DNA from: Microbacteriaceae bacterium
GTDB lineage: Bacteria > Actinomycetota > Actinomycetes > Actinomycetales > Microbacteriaceae
Length of the DNA stretch: 64,000 bases
Direction: 5' to 3'
Assembly: GCA_027490915.1 (NCBI GenBank)
Contig: JAIXXG010000035.1
Span: 19,582 to 83,581 of the forward strand
The notes under the pieces were generated by a model. It worked only from the letters and a program-made list of their open reading frames with translations, was not told where the DNA came from and made no database searches. The position numbers were made by a program, and so were the translations under genes. Shown one piece after another: positions 1 to 8,104 of the stretch; position 1 is the stretch's first letter; every line of letters begins with the position of its first letter.

Positions 1-692
1 TCGAGAACTACCTCGACGTGCTCACGGTGCAGGGCGCCTCGTCGGCGAACCTCGGCTCGTACTTCGTGAACTCGCTCGTGATCGCGATTCCGGCCGCGCT
101 GTTCCCGATCATCCTCGCGACCATGGCGGCCTACGCCTTCGCGTGGATCAAGTTCCGGGGCTCCGCGGCGCTGTTCGTGCTGATCTTCGCCCTCCAGATC
201 GTGCCGCTGCAGATGGCCCTCATCCCGCTGCTGCAGATCTTCAGCGAGGTGCTCGGCATCAGCGGCACCTTCCCCGCGGTCTGGATCGCGCACACGATCT
301 TCGGGCTCCCGCTGTGCATCTTCCTGCTGCACAACTTCATCAGCGAGATCCCCGGCGAGGTGATCGAGGCGGCGCGGGTCGACGGTGCGAACCACACGCA
401 GATCTTCTTCCGCATCATCATCCCGCTGTCGCTGCCGGCCCTCGCGTCGATCGGCATCTTCCAGTTCCTCTGGGTCTGGAACGACCTGCTCGTGGCCCTC
501 GTGTTCTCGGGCGGCACGGCCGACGTCGCGCCGCTCACGCAGCGCCTAGCTGAGCTCGTCGGCAACTTCGGGCGCAACACCGAGCGACTGCCGGCCGCGG
601 CGTTCATCTCGCTGATCATCCCGCTCATCGTGTTCTTCAGCCTCCAGCGCTACTTCGTACGCGGCCTGCTGGCCGGCTCGACGAAGGGCTGA
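1..692 (+). CDS. carbohydrate ABC transporter permease (MalG-type), 5' end outside window
   Basis: Frame is open from nt 3. EAA-loop motif EAARVDGANHTQIFFRIIIPLSLPAL and multiple TM stretches. Stop TGA 690-692. Confidence 0.85.
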   Translation, partial: ENYLDVLTVQGASSANLGSYFVNSLVIAIPAALFPIILATMAAYAFAWIKFRGSAALFVLIFALQIVPLQMALIPLLQIFSEVLGISGTFPAVWIAHTIFGLPLCIFLLHNFISEIPGEVIEAARVDGANHTQIFFRIIIPLSLPALASIGIFQFLWVWNDLLVALVFSGGTADVAPLTQRLAELVGNFGRNTERLPAAAFISLIIPLIVFFSLQRYFVRGLLAGSTKG

Positions 693-753
693 TCGGCTCG
701 CAGACCGCACGATCGCACCGACGACCCCCGGTGGTCGCGCCTAGGCTCGCAGC

Positions 754-2631
754 ATGAGCATGGGTGGCGGCGGCCGGGGGTCGCGCGTGTCGGGCGGCGA
801 CCACGCGGCGCAGCGCGCGGCCAACGCGCAGGCGCCGCGCATCCCGAACCTGCTGCCCCGCATCGCCGAGCTCTTCCGGCCGCATCGCGGCGCGCTCGCC
901 ATCACCGTCGCGCTCGTGCTGGTCTCGGCGGCCCTCAGCGTCGTGCCGCCGCTGCTCACCCAGCAGGCCTTCGATGTGGGGCTCTTCCCGACCGAGGGCA
1001 AGCCGAACGTGCCCGTGCTGCTGCAGCTCGTCGGCGCGATGCTCGTGCTGTGGCTCGTCTCGGCGGGCCTCGGCATCGCTCAGACCGCGCTCACCGCGAC
1101 TGTGGGCAACAGCGTGATGGCGGCCCTGCGGGTGCGCCTGTTCTCGCACCTGCAGTCGATGGAGCTCGGCTTCTTCACCCGCACCAAGACGGGCATCATC
1201 CAGTCGCGCCTGCAGAACGATGTCGGCGGGGTCGCGGGCGTGCTGAGCAACACCGTCTCGAGCGTCATCGGCAACACCGTCACGGTCATCGCCGCGTTCG
1301 TCGCGATGCTGCTGCTCAGCTGGCAGCTCACCATCGTCGCCGTGGTGCTGCTGCCCGTGCTCGTCGTCGCCCAGCGTCGGGTCGGCCAGGTGCGCGCGCG
1401 CATCGCCACCCAGACGCAGGAGTCGCTGAGCGACATGACTGCGATCACCCAGGAGGCCCTCAGCGTGTCGGGCATCCTGCTCGCGAAGAGCTTCTTCCGG
1501 CAGAGCGGCGAGGTCGAGCGCTACCGCCTCGAGAACGAGCGCCAGCGCGACCTGCAGGTGCGGCTGGCGATGAGCGGCCAGTGGTTCTTCGCGATGGTCA
1601 ACGTCTTCCTCTCGATCATCCCGGCGGTCGTGTACCTGGTCGCGGCGTGGCTGCTGCAGCAGGACGTCGCTGTGACCGCGGGCACAATCGTCGCCTTCAC
1701 CACGGTGCAGGCACGACTGACCTTCCCGCTCATGGGCCTCATGCGGGTGGCGCTCGACCTGCAGACCAGTGCCGCGCTGTTCGCGCGCATCTTCGAGTAC
1801 CTCGACCTGCGGCCCGCGATCGTCGAGGCGCCCGACGCGGTCGACCCCGACCCCGCCCGTCGGGGTCAGGTGCGGTTCACCGACGTGGTCTTCCGGTATC
1901 CGGATGCTCCCGCCGATGCCGCTCCGACCCTCGACGGCGTCAGCTTCACGGTCGAGCCGGGGCGCTTCGTGGCCATCGTCGGGCCCTCGGGCGCGGGCAA
2001 GACGACCATCGCCGCGCTGGTGCCCCGGCTGCACGAGGTGTCGAGCGGAACGGTCGAGGTCGGGGGTGTCGACGTGCGACGCCTGCGGCAGGAGGCGCTC
2101 ATCGAGAGCCTCGGCGTCGTGAGTCAGGAGACCTACCTCTTCCACGCCACGATCGCCGAGAACCTGCGGTACGCGAAACCCGGGGCGACGGACGGCGAGC
2201 TCGAAGCCGCGTGCCGGGCGGCGAGCATCCACGACACCATCGTCGGCTTCCCCGACGGCTACGCGACGGTCGTCGGCGAGCGGGGGTACCGGCTCTCGGG
2301 CGGCGAGAAGCAGCGCGTGGCCATCGCGCGCGTGCTGCTGAAAGACCCTCCCGTGCTGATCCTCGACGAGGCGACGAGCGCGCTCGACGCGGTGGCCGAG
2401 CGCGTCGTGCAGCGGGCCCTCGACTCGGCGGCGAGCGGGCGCTCGACCATCGCGATCGCGCACCGGCTGTCGACGATCATGGGCGCCGACGAGATCCACG
2501 TCGTCGAGGCCGGCCGCATCGTCGAGAGCGGCACCCACGCGCAGCTGGTGGCGCGCGGCGGGCTGTACGCGCGCCTGGTGGCCGAGCAGGCCGCGGGCTA
2601 CGAGCGGGCCGCGAGCAGCTCGGCCATGTAG
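754..2631 (+). CDS. ABC exporter, fused permease/ATP-binding protein (MsbA/multidrug type)
   Basis: N-terminal 6-TM domain. Walker A GPSGAGKTT, signature LSGGEKQRVAIARVLL, Walker B LILDEATSALD. TAGGCT hexamer 742-747 lies 6 nt upstream of the ATG. Confidence 0.9.
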   Translation: MSMGGGGRGSRVSGGDHAAQRAANAQAPRIPNLLPRIAELFRPHRGALAITVALVLVSAALSVVPPLLTQQAFDVGLFPTEGKPNVPVLLQLVGAMLVLWLVSAGLGIAQTALTATVGNSVMAALRVRLFSHLQSMELGFFTRTKTGIIQSRLQNDVGGVAGVLSNTVSSVIGNTVTVIAAFVAMLLLSWQLTIVAVVLLPVLVVAQRRVGQVRARIATQTQESLSDMTAITQEALSVSGILLAKSFFRQSGEVERYRLENERQRDLQVRLAMSGQWFFAMVNVFLSIIPAVVYLVAAWLLQQDVAVTAGTIVAFTTVQARLTFPLMGLMRVALDLQTSAALFARIFEYLDLRPAIVEAPDAVDPDPARRGQVRFTDVVFRYPDAPADAAPTLDGVSFTVEPGRFVAIVGPSGAGKTTIAALVPRLHEVSSGTVEVGGVDVRRLRQEALIESLGVVSQETYLFHATIAENLRYAKPGATDGELEAACRAASIHDTIVGFPDGYATVVGERGYRLSGGEKQRVAIARVLLKDPPVLILDEATSALDAVAERVVQRALDSAASGRSTIAIAHRLSTIMGADEIHVVEAGRIVESGTHAQLVARGGLYARLVAEQAAGYERAASSSAM

Positions 2632-3287
2632 TCCAGCTCTTTCTGCTGCAGCTGCACCATGCCCTCGGCCAGGGCCCGCACCTGCGGGTGGTCGCTGCGG
2701 GCGAGCACGGCCTCGGCCATCTCGACGCCGCCCTGGTGGTGGGCGATCATGAGCTCGAGGAAGATGCGCTCGGCCTCGACGCCCGTGGCGTTCTGGAGGG
2801 CCTGCATCTGCTCGAACGTGGCCACGCCCGGCATCGGCTCGCCGGGAGTGTGCCCGCCGTGGCCCTCATGGCCGGCCGATCCGTCGATGACCGGGCGCGA
2901 CAGCCACTCCATCTCGGGCTCCGCGGAGGTCTGCGGCAGGCCCCACATCGCGAGCCAGGCGAACATCTGCCCCTGCTGCTGCGTCTGCCCGGTCGCGATG
3001 TCGAGCGCGAGCAGGCGGATCTCCGGGTCGTCGGTGCGGTCGCGCACGAGCAGCGACATCTCGACCGCCTGGCCGTGATGCACCTGCATGTCGCGCGCGA
3101 AGCCCGCCTCGGCGCTGCTCTCGGAGGGCGCCGGCGTCGGGGCCGCGGCCGTCATGCGGCCGAGCAGGATGCCCCCCACGAGCGCCACGAGCACGAGTAC
3201 GACCCCCACGACGGCGAGCCGGGTGCGGCTCAGGGGTGTCGGCGCAGCCGACACCGTCGCGGCGGAGGCCGAAGCGCTCGTGCTCAT
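2598..3287 (-). CDS. DUF305 family protein (membrane-anchored/secreted, duplicated HH-x-G-x-VEM helices)
   Basis: Trimmed from track ORF 2598..4319 to MSTSASAS (ATG complement 3285-3287). TM anchor VVGVVLVLVALVGGILL. Motifs DMQVHHGQAVEMS and MIAHHQGGVEMA. His-rich HEGHGGH. Confidence 0.8.
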   Translation of the reverse strand: MSTSASASAATVSAAPTPLSRTRLAVVGVVLVLVALVGGILLGRMTAAAPTPAPSESSAEAGFARDMQVHHGQAVEMSLLVRDRTDDPEIRLLALDIATGQTQQQGQMFAWLAMWGLPQTSAEPEMEWLSRPVIDGSAGHEGHGGHTPGEPMPGVATFEQMQALQNATGVEAERIFLELMIAHHQGGVEMAEAVLARSDHPQVRALAEGMVQLQQKELDYMAELLAARS

Positions 3288-3289
3288 GG

Positions 3290-3952
3290 TCAGGAGATCT
3301 TGCCCGGGCCGTCGAGAGCCTGGCTGCACAGGGCGCCGGGCTCGGGTGCGTCGGGGGACTGGCGGTACTTCACGATGAAGTCGCTCAGGCGCGGGTCGTC
3401 GACGCCGTCGAGTGCGACCTGCACGCCCCACGCGCTCGCGACGACCGGGGCCTCCAGGCCCGGGAACGGCGAGAGGATGATGTAGCTGCGCGGCATGGCG
3501 CTGCGGAGAGCATCCAGGTCGGCGCCCTGCACTTGCTCGGGGTCGTAGGTGACCCACACGGCGCCGTGCTCGAGGGAGTGCACCGCGTACTCGGCGGGCA
3601 CCTCCTCCTCGTAGATTCCGCAGTTCAGCCACGTCGGGTTGTGCGGGCCACCGGCGGGCGGGGTCATCTCGTACTCGACGGCCGACTGCACGTGCAGCGC
3701 CTCGAGGTTGTCGAAGGTCTCGAGGCCCTCGATCTCGATCGTCGCGGGGTCGACCGGCGGCGTGGCCGAGGTGACGACGACGCCCACGATGATGGCCACC
3801 GCGGCGACACCACCGACGATGGCGCCGCCGATGCCGAGCATGCGCGCACGCTTCTCGCGGGCCTGCTTCTGCTTGAGGGCGGCGACCTTCTCGGCACGGC
3901 GCTTCTCGCGCTGCCGCTTGATGGTGAGGTCGGAGGTGCTGTCGTCGGCCAC
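3290..3952 (-). CDS. DUF3105 domain-containing membrane-anchored protein
   Basis: Lys/Arg-rich N-terminus, single TM (GIGGAIVGGVAAVAIIVGVVV), then HSLEHGAVWVTYDP and SPFPG motifs typical of DUF3105. AGGAG SD upstream. 2-nt gap to the DUF305 gene. Confidence 0.8.
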   Translation of the reverse strand: MADDSTSDLTIKRQREKRRAEKVAALKQKQAREKRARMLGIGGAIVGGVAAVAIIVGVVVTSATPPVDPATIEIEGLETFDNLEALHVQSAVEYEMTPPAGGPHNPTWLNCGIYEEEVPAEYAVHSLEHGAVWVTYDPEQVQGADLDALRSAMPRSYIILSPFPGLEAPVVASAWGVQVALDGVDDPRLSDFIVKYRQSPDAPEPGALCSQALDGPGKIS

Positions 3953-4095
3953 GGGGGCTCCTGTCGGGGCGAGCGGGCAGAGGGATAGGGGGCGAACAAC
4001 CCGGCTCGATCATCCTAGATAAGGCACAGCGGATGCTGAGAACCCCGGGCGGCCGCGGCCCGTAACCTGCGCGGGGCCGCTGGTAGATTCGCGGC

Positions 4096-5490
4096 ATGAA
4101 GTACGCCGAATCGGTCGTCGATCTCATCGGCGGAACCCCCCTCGTGCGCCTCAACCGCGTGACCGAGGGCATCAGCGCCACCGTGCTCGCCAAGGTCGAG
4201 TACCTCAACCCGGGCGGCAGCGCGAAAGACCGCATCGCCACGCGCATCATCGACGCGGCCGAGCGCGAGGGCCTGCTGAAGCCCGGCGGCACGATCGTCG
4301 AGCCGACGAGCGGCAACACGGGCGTCGGGCTCGCGCTCGTCGCGCAGCAGCGCGGCTACCGCTGCGTCTTCGTGCTGCCCGACAAGGTGGGCGAGGACAA
4401 GCGCAACGTGCTGACGGCCTACGGCGCCGAGATCGTCGTCACCCCGACGGCCGTCGCGCCGGAGGACCCGGAGTCGTACTACAGCGTCTCCGACCGTCTG
4501 GCCCGCGAGATCCCGGGCGCGTTCAAACCCAACCAGTACGCGAACCCCAACGGGCCGCGCAGCCACTACGAGACGACCGGCCCCGAGATCTGGGCCGACA
4601 CCGACGGCCGCGTCACCCACTTCGTCGCCGGCGTCGGCACCGGCGGCACCATCACCGGCACCGGTCGGTACCTGCGCGAGGTCAGCGCCGACCGCGCCGG
4701 CGGCCGGGTGCAGATCGTCGGCGTCGACCCCGTCGGCAGCGTCTACTCGGGCGGCACCGGTCGCCCCTACCTCGTCGAGGGGGTGGGGGAGGACTTCTGG
4801 CCCGCCGCCTACGACCCCGCCGTCGTCGACCGCATCGTGGCCGTGAGCGACCAGCAGGCCTTCGACCTCACACTGAGGCTCGCCCGCGAGGAGGGGCTGC
4901 TCGTCGGCGGCTCGTGCGGCATGGCCGCGCAGGGCGCCCTCGAGGTCGCGCGCGAGCTCGGCCCCGACGACATCGTCGTCGTGCTGCTGCCCGACGGCGG
5001 GCGCGGCTACCTCGGCAAGATCTTCAACGACGGCTGGATGCGCCGCCACGGCTTCGCGCGCTCGCAGGGCTCGCCGACCGTCGCCGACCTGCTCGGCACG
5101 CCGACCCGCCCGCTCGCCCACCTGCGGCGCGAGCACACCATCGCCGACGCGGTCGCGGCGCTCGAGGCGCACGCCGGCGCGCTGCCCGTGCTGAGCGCCG
5201 AGCCGCCGGCCGTGCTCGGCGAGGTCATCGGCGCGGTCGACAGCCGCACCCTGCTGCGCGCCCTCGCGAGCGGCGAGGTGACCGCGGCCGATCCGATCAC
5301 CCGCGCGATGGGGCCGGGGCTGCCGCTGGTCGGCGCGCACGAGAGCCTGCAGGCCGCGCACGAGCGCTTCGGCGAGCGGGCGGCGGGGGGTCAGCATCCC
5401 GAGACCCTGCTGGTGCTCGACGGCGGCAACCCCGTCGGGCTGCTGAACCGCACCGACCTGATCGCGGCGCTCGCCGGAGGAGACGCATGA
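4096..5490 (+). CDS. cbs: cystathionine beta-synthase (PLP domain plus CBS pair)
   Basis: IGGTPLVRLNRV...NPGGSAKDRIA PLP-lysine motif, GNTG loop, C-terminal CBS-pair region. Extended -10 TGgTAGATT 4081-4089 lies 6 nt before the ATG. Confidence 0.9.
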   Translation: MKYAESVVDLIGGTPLVRLNRVTEGISATVLAKVEYLNPGGSAKDRIATRIIDAAEREGLLKPGGTIVEPTSGNTGVGLALVAQQRGYRCVFVLPDKVGEDKRNVLTAYGAEIVVTPTAVAPEDPESYYSVSDRLAREIPGAFKPNQYANPNGPRSHYETTGPEIWADTDGRVTHFVAGVGTGGTITGTGRYLREVSADRAGGRVQIVGVDPVGSVYSGGTGRPYLVEGVGEDFWPAAYDPAVVDRIVAVSDQQAFDLTLRLAREEGLLVGGSCGMAAQGALEVARELGPDDIVVVLLPDGGRGYLGKIFNDGWMRRHGFARSQGSPTVADLLGTPTRPLAHLRREHTIADAVAALEAHAGALPVLSAEPPAVLGEVIGAVDSRTLLRALASGEVTAADPITRAMGPGLPLVGAHESLQAAHERFGERAAGGQHPETLLVLDGGNPVGLLNRTDLIAALAGGDA

Positions 5491-6671
5491 CCGAGCACGA
5501 CGCTGCCCCCACCGACCCGCACATCCTGCAGGGCTTCGCCACGCGCGCGATCCACGCCGGGCAAAAGTTCGATCCCACGACGGGGGCGGTCACGCCGCCC
5601 GTCTACCTGACGTCGACCTTCGTGCAGCGCTCGATCGGCGATCTGCGCGGCGGCTACGAGTACGCCCGCGGCGGCAACCCCACGCGCGACGCGCTGCAGA
5701 CCCAGCTCGCCTCGCTCGAGTCGGGCGCCCGCGCCTTCAGCTTCGCGTCGGGCCTCGCGGCGGAGGACGCCCTGCTGCGCGCGGTGCTGCGCCCCGGCGA
5801 CCACGTGCTCATGGGCAACGACGTCTACGGGGGCACACACCGCCTCGTGCGGCGCATCTTCGGGCCCTGGCAGGTCGAGCTGACCACGGTCGAGCTCGGC
5901 GACCTCGCGGTCGCCCGCGAGGCCCTCGAGCGGCTGCGGCCGCGCGTGCTGTGGCTCGAGACCCCGAGCAACCCGCTCATGAAGGTCACCGACATCACGG
6001 CGCTCGCCGAGCTCGCGCACGCGGTCGGCGCGCTCGTCGTCGTCGACAACACCTTCGCCACGCCCTACCTGCAGCAGCCGCTCGTGCTCGGGGCCGACGT
6101 CGTCGTGCACTCGACGACCAAGTACCTCGGCGGGCACTCCGACGTGCTGGGCGGCGCGGTCGTCACGAACGACCTCGAGCTGGCCGAGCAGGTGCAGTTC
6201 CACCAGTTCGCGGCGGGCGCGGTCTCCGGCCCCATGGATGCGTGGCTCACCTCGCGCGGCATCAAGACGCTGGCCGTGCGCATGGAGCGCCACTCGGCCA
6301 ATGCTCAGGCCATCGCGGAGGCCCTGCAGGGGCATCCCGCCGTCACCCGGGTCTACTACCCGGGACTGCCCGAGCACCCCGACCACTCCCTGGCCGCGCG
6401 GCAGATGCGCCTGTTCGGCGGGATGCTCTCGCTCGAGCTCGCCGGTGGCGCCGCAGCCGCGCGCGCCTTCGCCGAGAGCCTGCGCGTCTTCCAGCTGGCC
6501 GAGTCGCTCGGTGGTGTCGAGTCGCTCGTCAACTACCCGAGCGAGATGACGCACGCCTCGGTGCGGGGCACCGAGCTCGAGGTGAGCGACGCGATCGTGC
6601 GGCTCTCGGTGGGTATCGAAGACGCGGCCGATCTCGTGGCCGACGTCGAGCAGGGGCTCGCGGCGCTGTAG
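5487..6671 (+). CDS. cystathionine gamma-lyase/gamma-synthase family PLP enzyme
   Basis: Trimmed from ORF 4914..6671 to MTEHDAAP. ATGA overlap with the cbs stop. STTKYLGGHSD PLP-lysine motif of the Cys/Met-metabolism family. Confidence 0.88.
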   Translation: MTEHDAAPTDPHILQGFATRAIHAGQKFDPTTGAVTPPVYLTSTFVQRSIGDLRGGYEYARGGNPTRDALQTQLASLESGARAFSFASGLAAEDALLRAVLRPGDHVLMGNDVYGGTHRLVRRIFGPWQVELTTVELGDLAVAREALERLRPRVLWLETPSNPLMKVTDITALAELAHAVGALVVVDNTFATPYLQQPLVLGADVVVHSTTKYLGGHSDVLGGAVVTNDLELAEQVQFHQFAAGAVSGPMDAWLTSRGIKTLAVRMERHSANAQAIAEALQGHPAVTRVYYPGLPEHPDHSLAARQMRLFGGMLSLELAGGAAAARAFAESLRVFQLAESLGGVESLVNYPSEMTHASVRGTELEVSDAIVRLSVGIEDAADLVADVEQGLAAL

Positions 6672-6677
6672 CGGCGG

Positions 6678-6717
6678 GGCCCAGGCCGCAGCGGCCCGGT
6701 GCGTGTTCGCCTGGGCC
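6678..6717 (+). terminator. stem-loop after the transsulfuration operon
   Basis: GGCCCAGGC (6678-6686) pairs with GCCTGGGCC (6709-6717). No T-tract. Confidence 0.4.
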
Positions 6718-6736
6718 GTGCATAATGGGGCGCGGA

Positions 6737-6750
6737 TGTGAACGTACACA
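6737..6750. promoter_or_regulatory. LacI-type operator TGTGAACGTACACA upstream of the regulator gene (with CATAAT -10 at 6721-6726)
   Basis: 14-bp near-palindrome TGTGnACGTnCACA with the same core as the sites upstream of araD. Confidence 0.5.
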
Positions 6751-6771
6751 TCGCGACACGGACGGACGAAG

Positions 6772-7815
6772 ATGACCACCGAGACCGAGCGGCCGATCGA
6801 ACCCGATCGCGTGCGCGCGCCGAACATCCGCGATGTCGCGCGGGTGGCGGGGGTCTCGTACCAGACGGTCTCGCGGGTTCTCAATGACAGCCCGAATATC
6901 CGGCCCGAGACGCTGCAGCGCGTGCGCGACGCGATCGACGAGCTCGGCTACCGCCCCAACCAGGCGGCGCGGGCGCTCGTCACGAGCCGGTCGCGCACGA
7001 TCGGGGTGCTCGCGGCGCAGACCGTGCACTACGGCCCGGCGACGAGCATCCAGGCCATCGAGACCGCGGCGCGCGAGGCCGGCTACCGGCTGTCGATCAC
7101 GAACATCTCGTCGAGCGAGTACGCCTCGATCAAGAGCGGGCTCGACTACCTGATGAGTCAGGCCGTCGAGGCTCTCATCGTCATCGCGCCCCAGGTGCGG
7201 GTGTTCGAGGCCATCAACGACCTGCAGGTCGGCGTGCCGTTCGTCACGCTCGAGGCGACCGGCCTGAGCTCCGACCACTCGCTCTGGGTCGACCAGGTGC
7301 AGGGCGCCCGCATGGCGACGCGGCACCTCATCGAGCTGGGCCACACCGAGATCATGCACATCTCGGGCCCGCAGGACTGGATCGAGGCCGAGGCCCGCAT
7401 GCAGGGCTTCCTGCGCGAGCTCGGCGATGCCGACCTGCGCACCCGCGCGCCGATCCTCGGCGACTGGACGGCCTCGTTCGGCTACTACGCGGGTCTCGAG
7501 CTGCTGCGCTACCGCGACTTCACGGCGGTGTTCGCCGGCAACGATCAGATGGCGCTCGGCTTCATGCACGCCTGCCGCGAGATGGGCCTCTCGGTGCCGG
7601 GCGACATCTCGATCGTCGGCTTCGACGATGTTCCCGAGGCGGCGCACTTCGCTCCGCCGCTCACGACCGTGCGGCAGAACTTCGCCGAGATCGGTCGCCG
7701 CGCGATCGCGCTGCTGCTCGGCGAGCTGCGGGGCGAGACCGACCTGAGCCACGACCCGGTGCAGCCCGAGCTGATCATCCGGGAATCGACGGCCCGGGCA
7801 TCCCGTCTGGGCTGA
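6772..7815 (+). CDS. LacI family transcriptional regulator, likely arabinose repressor (AraR-like)
   Basis: N-terminal HTH IRDVARVAGVSYQTVSRVLN and a periplasmic-binding-like sugar domain. Lies directly upstream of araDBA. Confidence 0.85.
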   Translation: MTTETERPIEPDRVRAPNIRDVARVAGVSYQTVSRVLNDSPNIRPETLQRVRDAIDELGYRPNQAARALVTSRSRTIGVLAAQTVHYGPATSIQAIETAAREAGYRLSITNISSSEYASIKSGLDYLMSQAVEALIVIAPQVRVFEAINDLQVGVPFVTLEATGLSSDHSLWVDQVQGARMATRHLIELGHTEIMHISGPQDWIEAEARMQGFLRELGDADLRTRAPILGDWTASFGYYAGLELLRYRDFTAVFAGNDQMALGFMHACREMGLSVPGDISIVGFDDVPEAAHFAPPLTTVRQNFAEIGRRAIALLLGELRGETDLSHDPVQPELIIRESTARASRLG

Positions 7816-7872
7816 CGGATCTGGGCTGACGGATGCCCGCCGCGCGCCCGCGCGACCCCGTCGTTATCGACT

Positions 7873-7965
7873 TGTGATCGTTTCGTGTCGTCCGCTGGTT
7901 GACAGATGTGACCGTTTCGCCGTTAGAGTGCTCTCGCGCCATGTGAACGATCACAAAACGGTCAC
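7873..7965. promoter_or_regulatory. cluster of LacI-type operator half-sites/palindrome
   Basis: TGTGATCGTTTCG (7873-7885), TGTGACCGTTTCG (7907-7919), palindrome TGTGAACGATCACA (7942-7955), and GTGACCGTTT on the minus strand (7956-7965). Confidence 0.55.
7899..7929 (+). promoter_or_regulatory. candidate sigma-70-type promoter (TTGACA 7899-7904, TAGAGT 7924-7929, 19-nt spacer)
   Basis: Perfect -35 hexamer and a TAnnnT -10 hexamer. Operator copy 7907-7919 lies in the spacer. This implies a leader of about 175 nt to araD. Confidence 0.4.
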
Positions 7966-8104
7966 GGCGCCGGAGCGGGGCTCAGCCCCGACCCGCCACC
8001 CCTGAACCACCCCGGCGCCGGGTCCACCCGTCGCCGTCGCGACGATGGAGTCCCGTGAGCGTCACCGCCCCCGCAGCAGCCGAGTGCTCGGCCGAGGTGC
8101 GCGC

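Noticed and set aside
637-2538. 633-aa ORF antisense to the ABC exporter. Similar long antisense or out-of-frame ORFs include 1050..3485, 14808..16049, 16046..17509, 20443..22044, 29872..32385, 37941..39893, 44703..46796 and 60913..63588.
   Set aside because: Their translations are Arg/Ala/Gly/Pro/Asp-rich low-complexity strings with no motifs. They fully overlap genes with clear family signatures. Long stop-free alternative frames are expected in DNA of about 70% GC.
3953-4095. Possible SAM/Met riboswitch upstream of the cbs operon.
   Set aside because: I could not recognise S-box or SAM-IV conserved cores by eye. A TGgTAGATT extended -10 lies 6 nt before the ATG, so there would be no leader to fold. 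An Infernal scan would settle it.
2598-4319. 5'-extended versions of real genes in the ORF track (2598..4319, 4914..6671, 10194..11942, 20575..22755, 22041..24788, 26819..29053, 33226..35685, 33236..34639, 35507..36466, 43595..45793, 44652..45575, 55345..56382).
   Set aside because: The extensions run through neighbouring genes or intergenic DNA with non-coding-like composition. Internal starts with an SD, translational coupling or a -10 hexamer give proteins of canonical length and N-terminus.
8045-8104. ATG 8045 start for araD.
   Set aside because: The extension encodes MESRERHRPRSSRVLGRGAR, which has no homology-like features. ATG 8105 has a GAGGTG SD and gives the canonical class II aldolase N-terminus.
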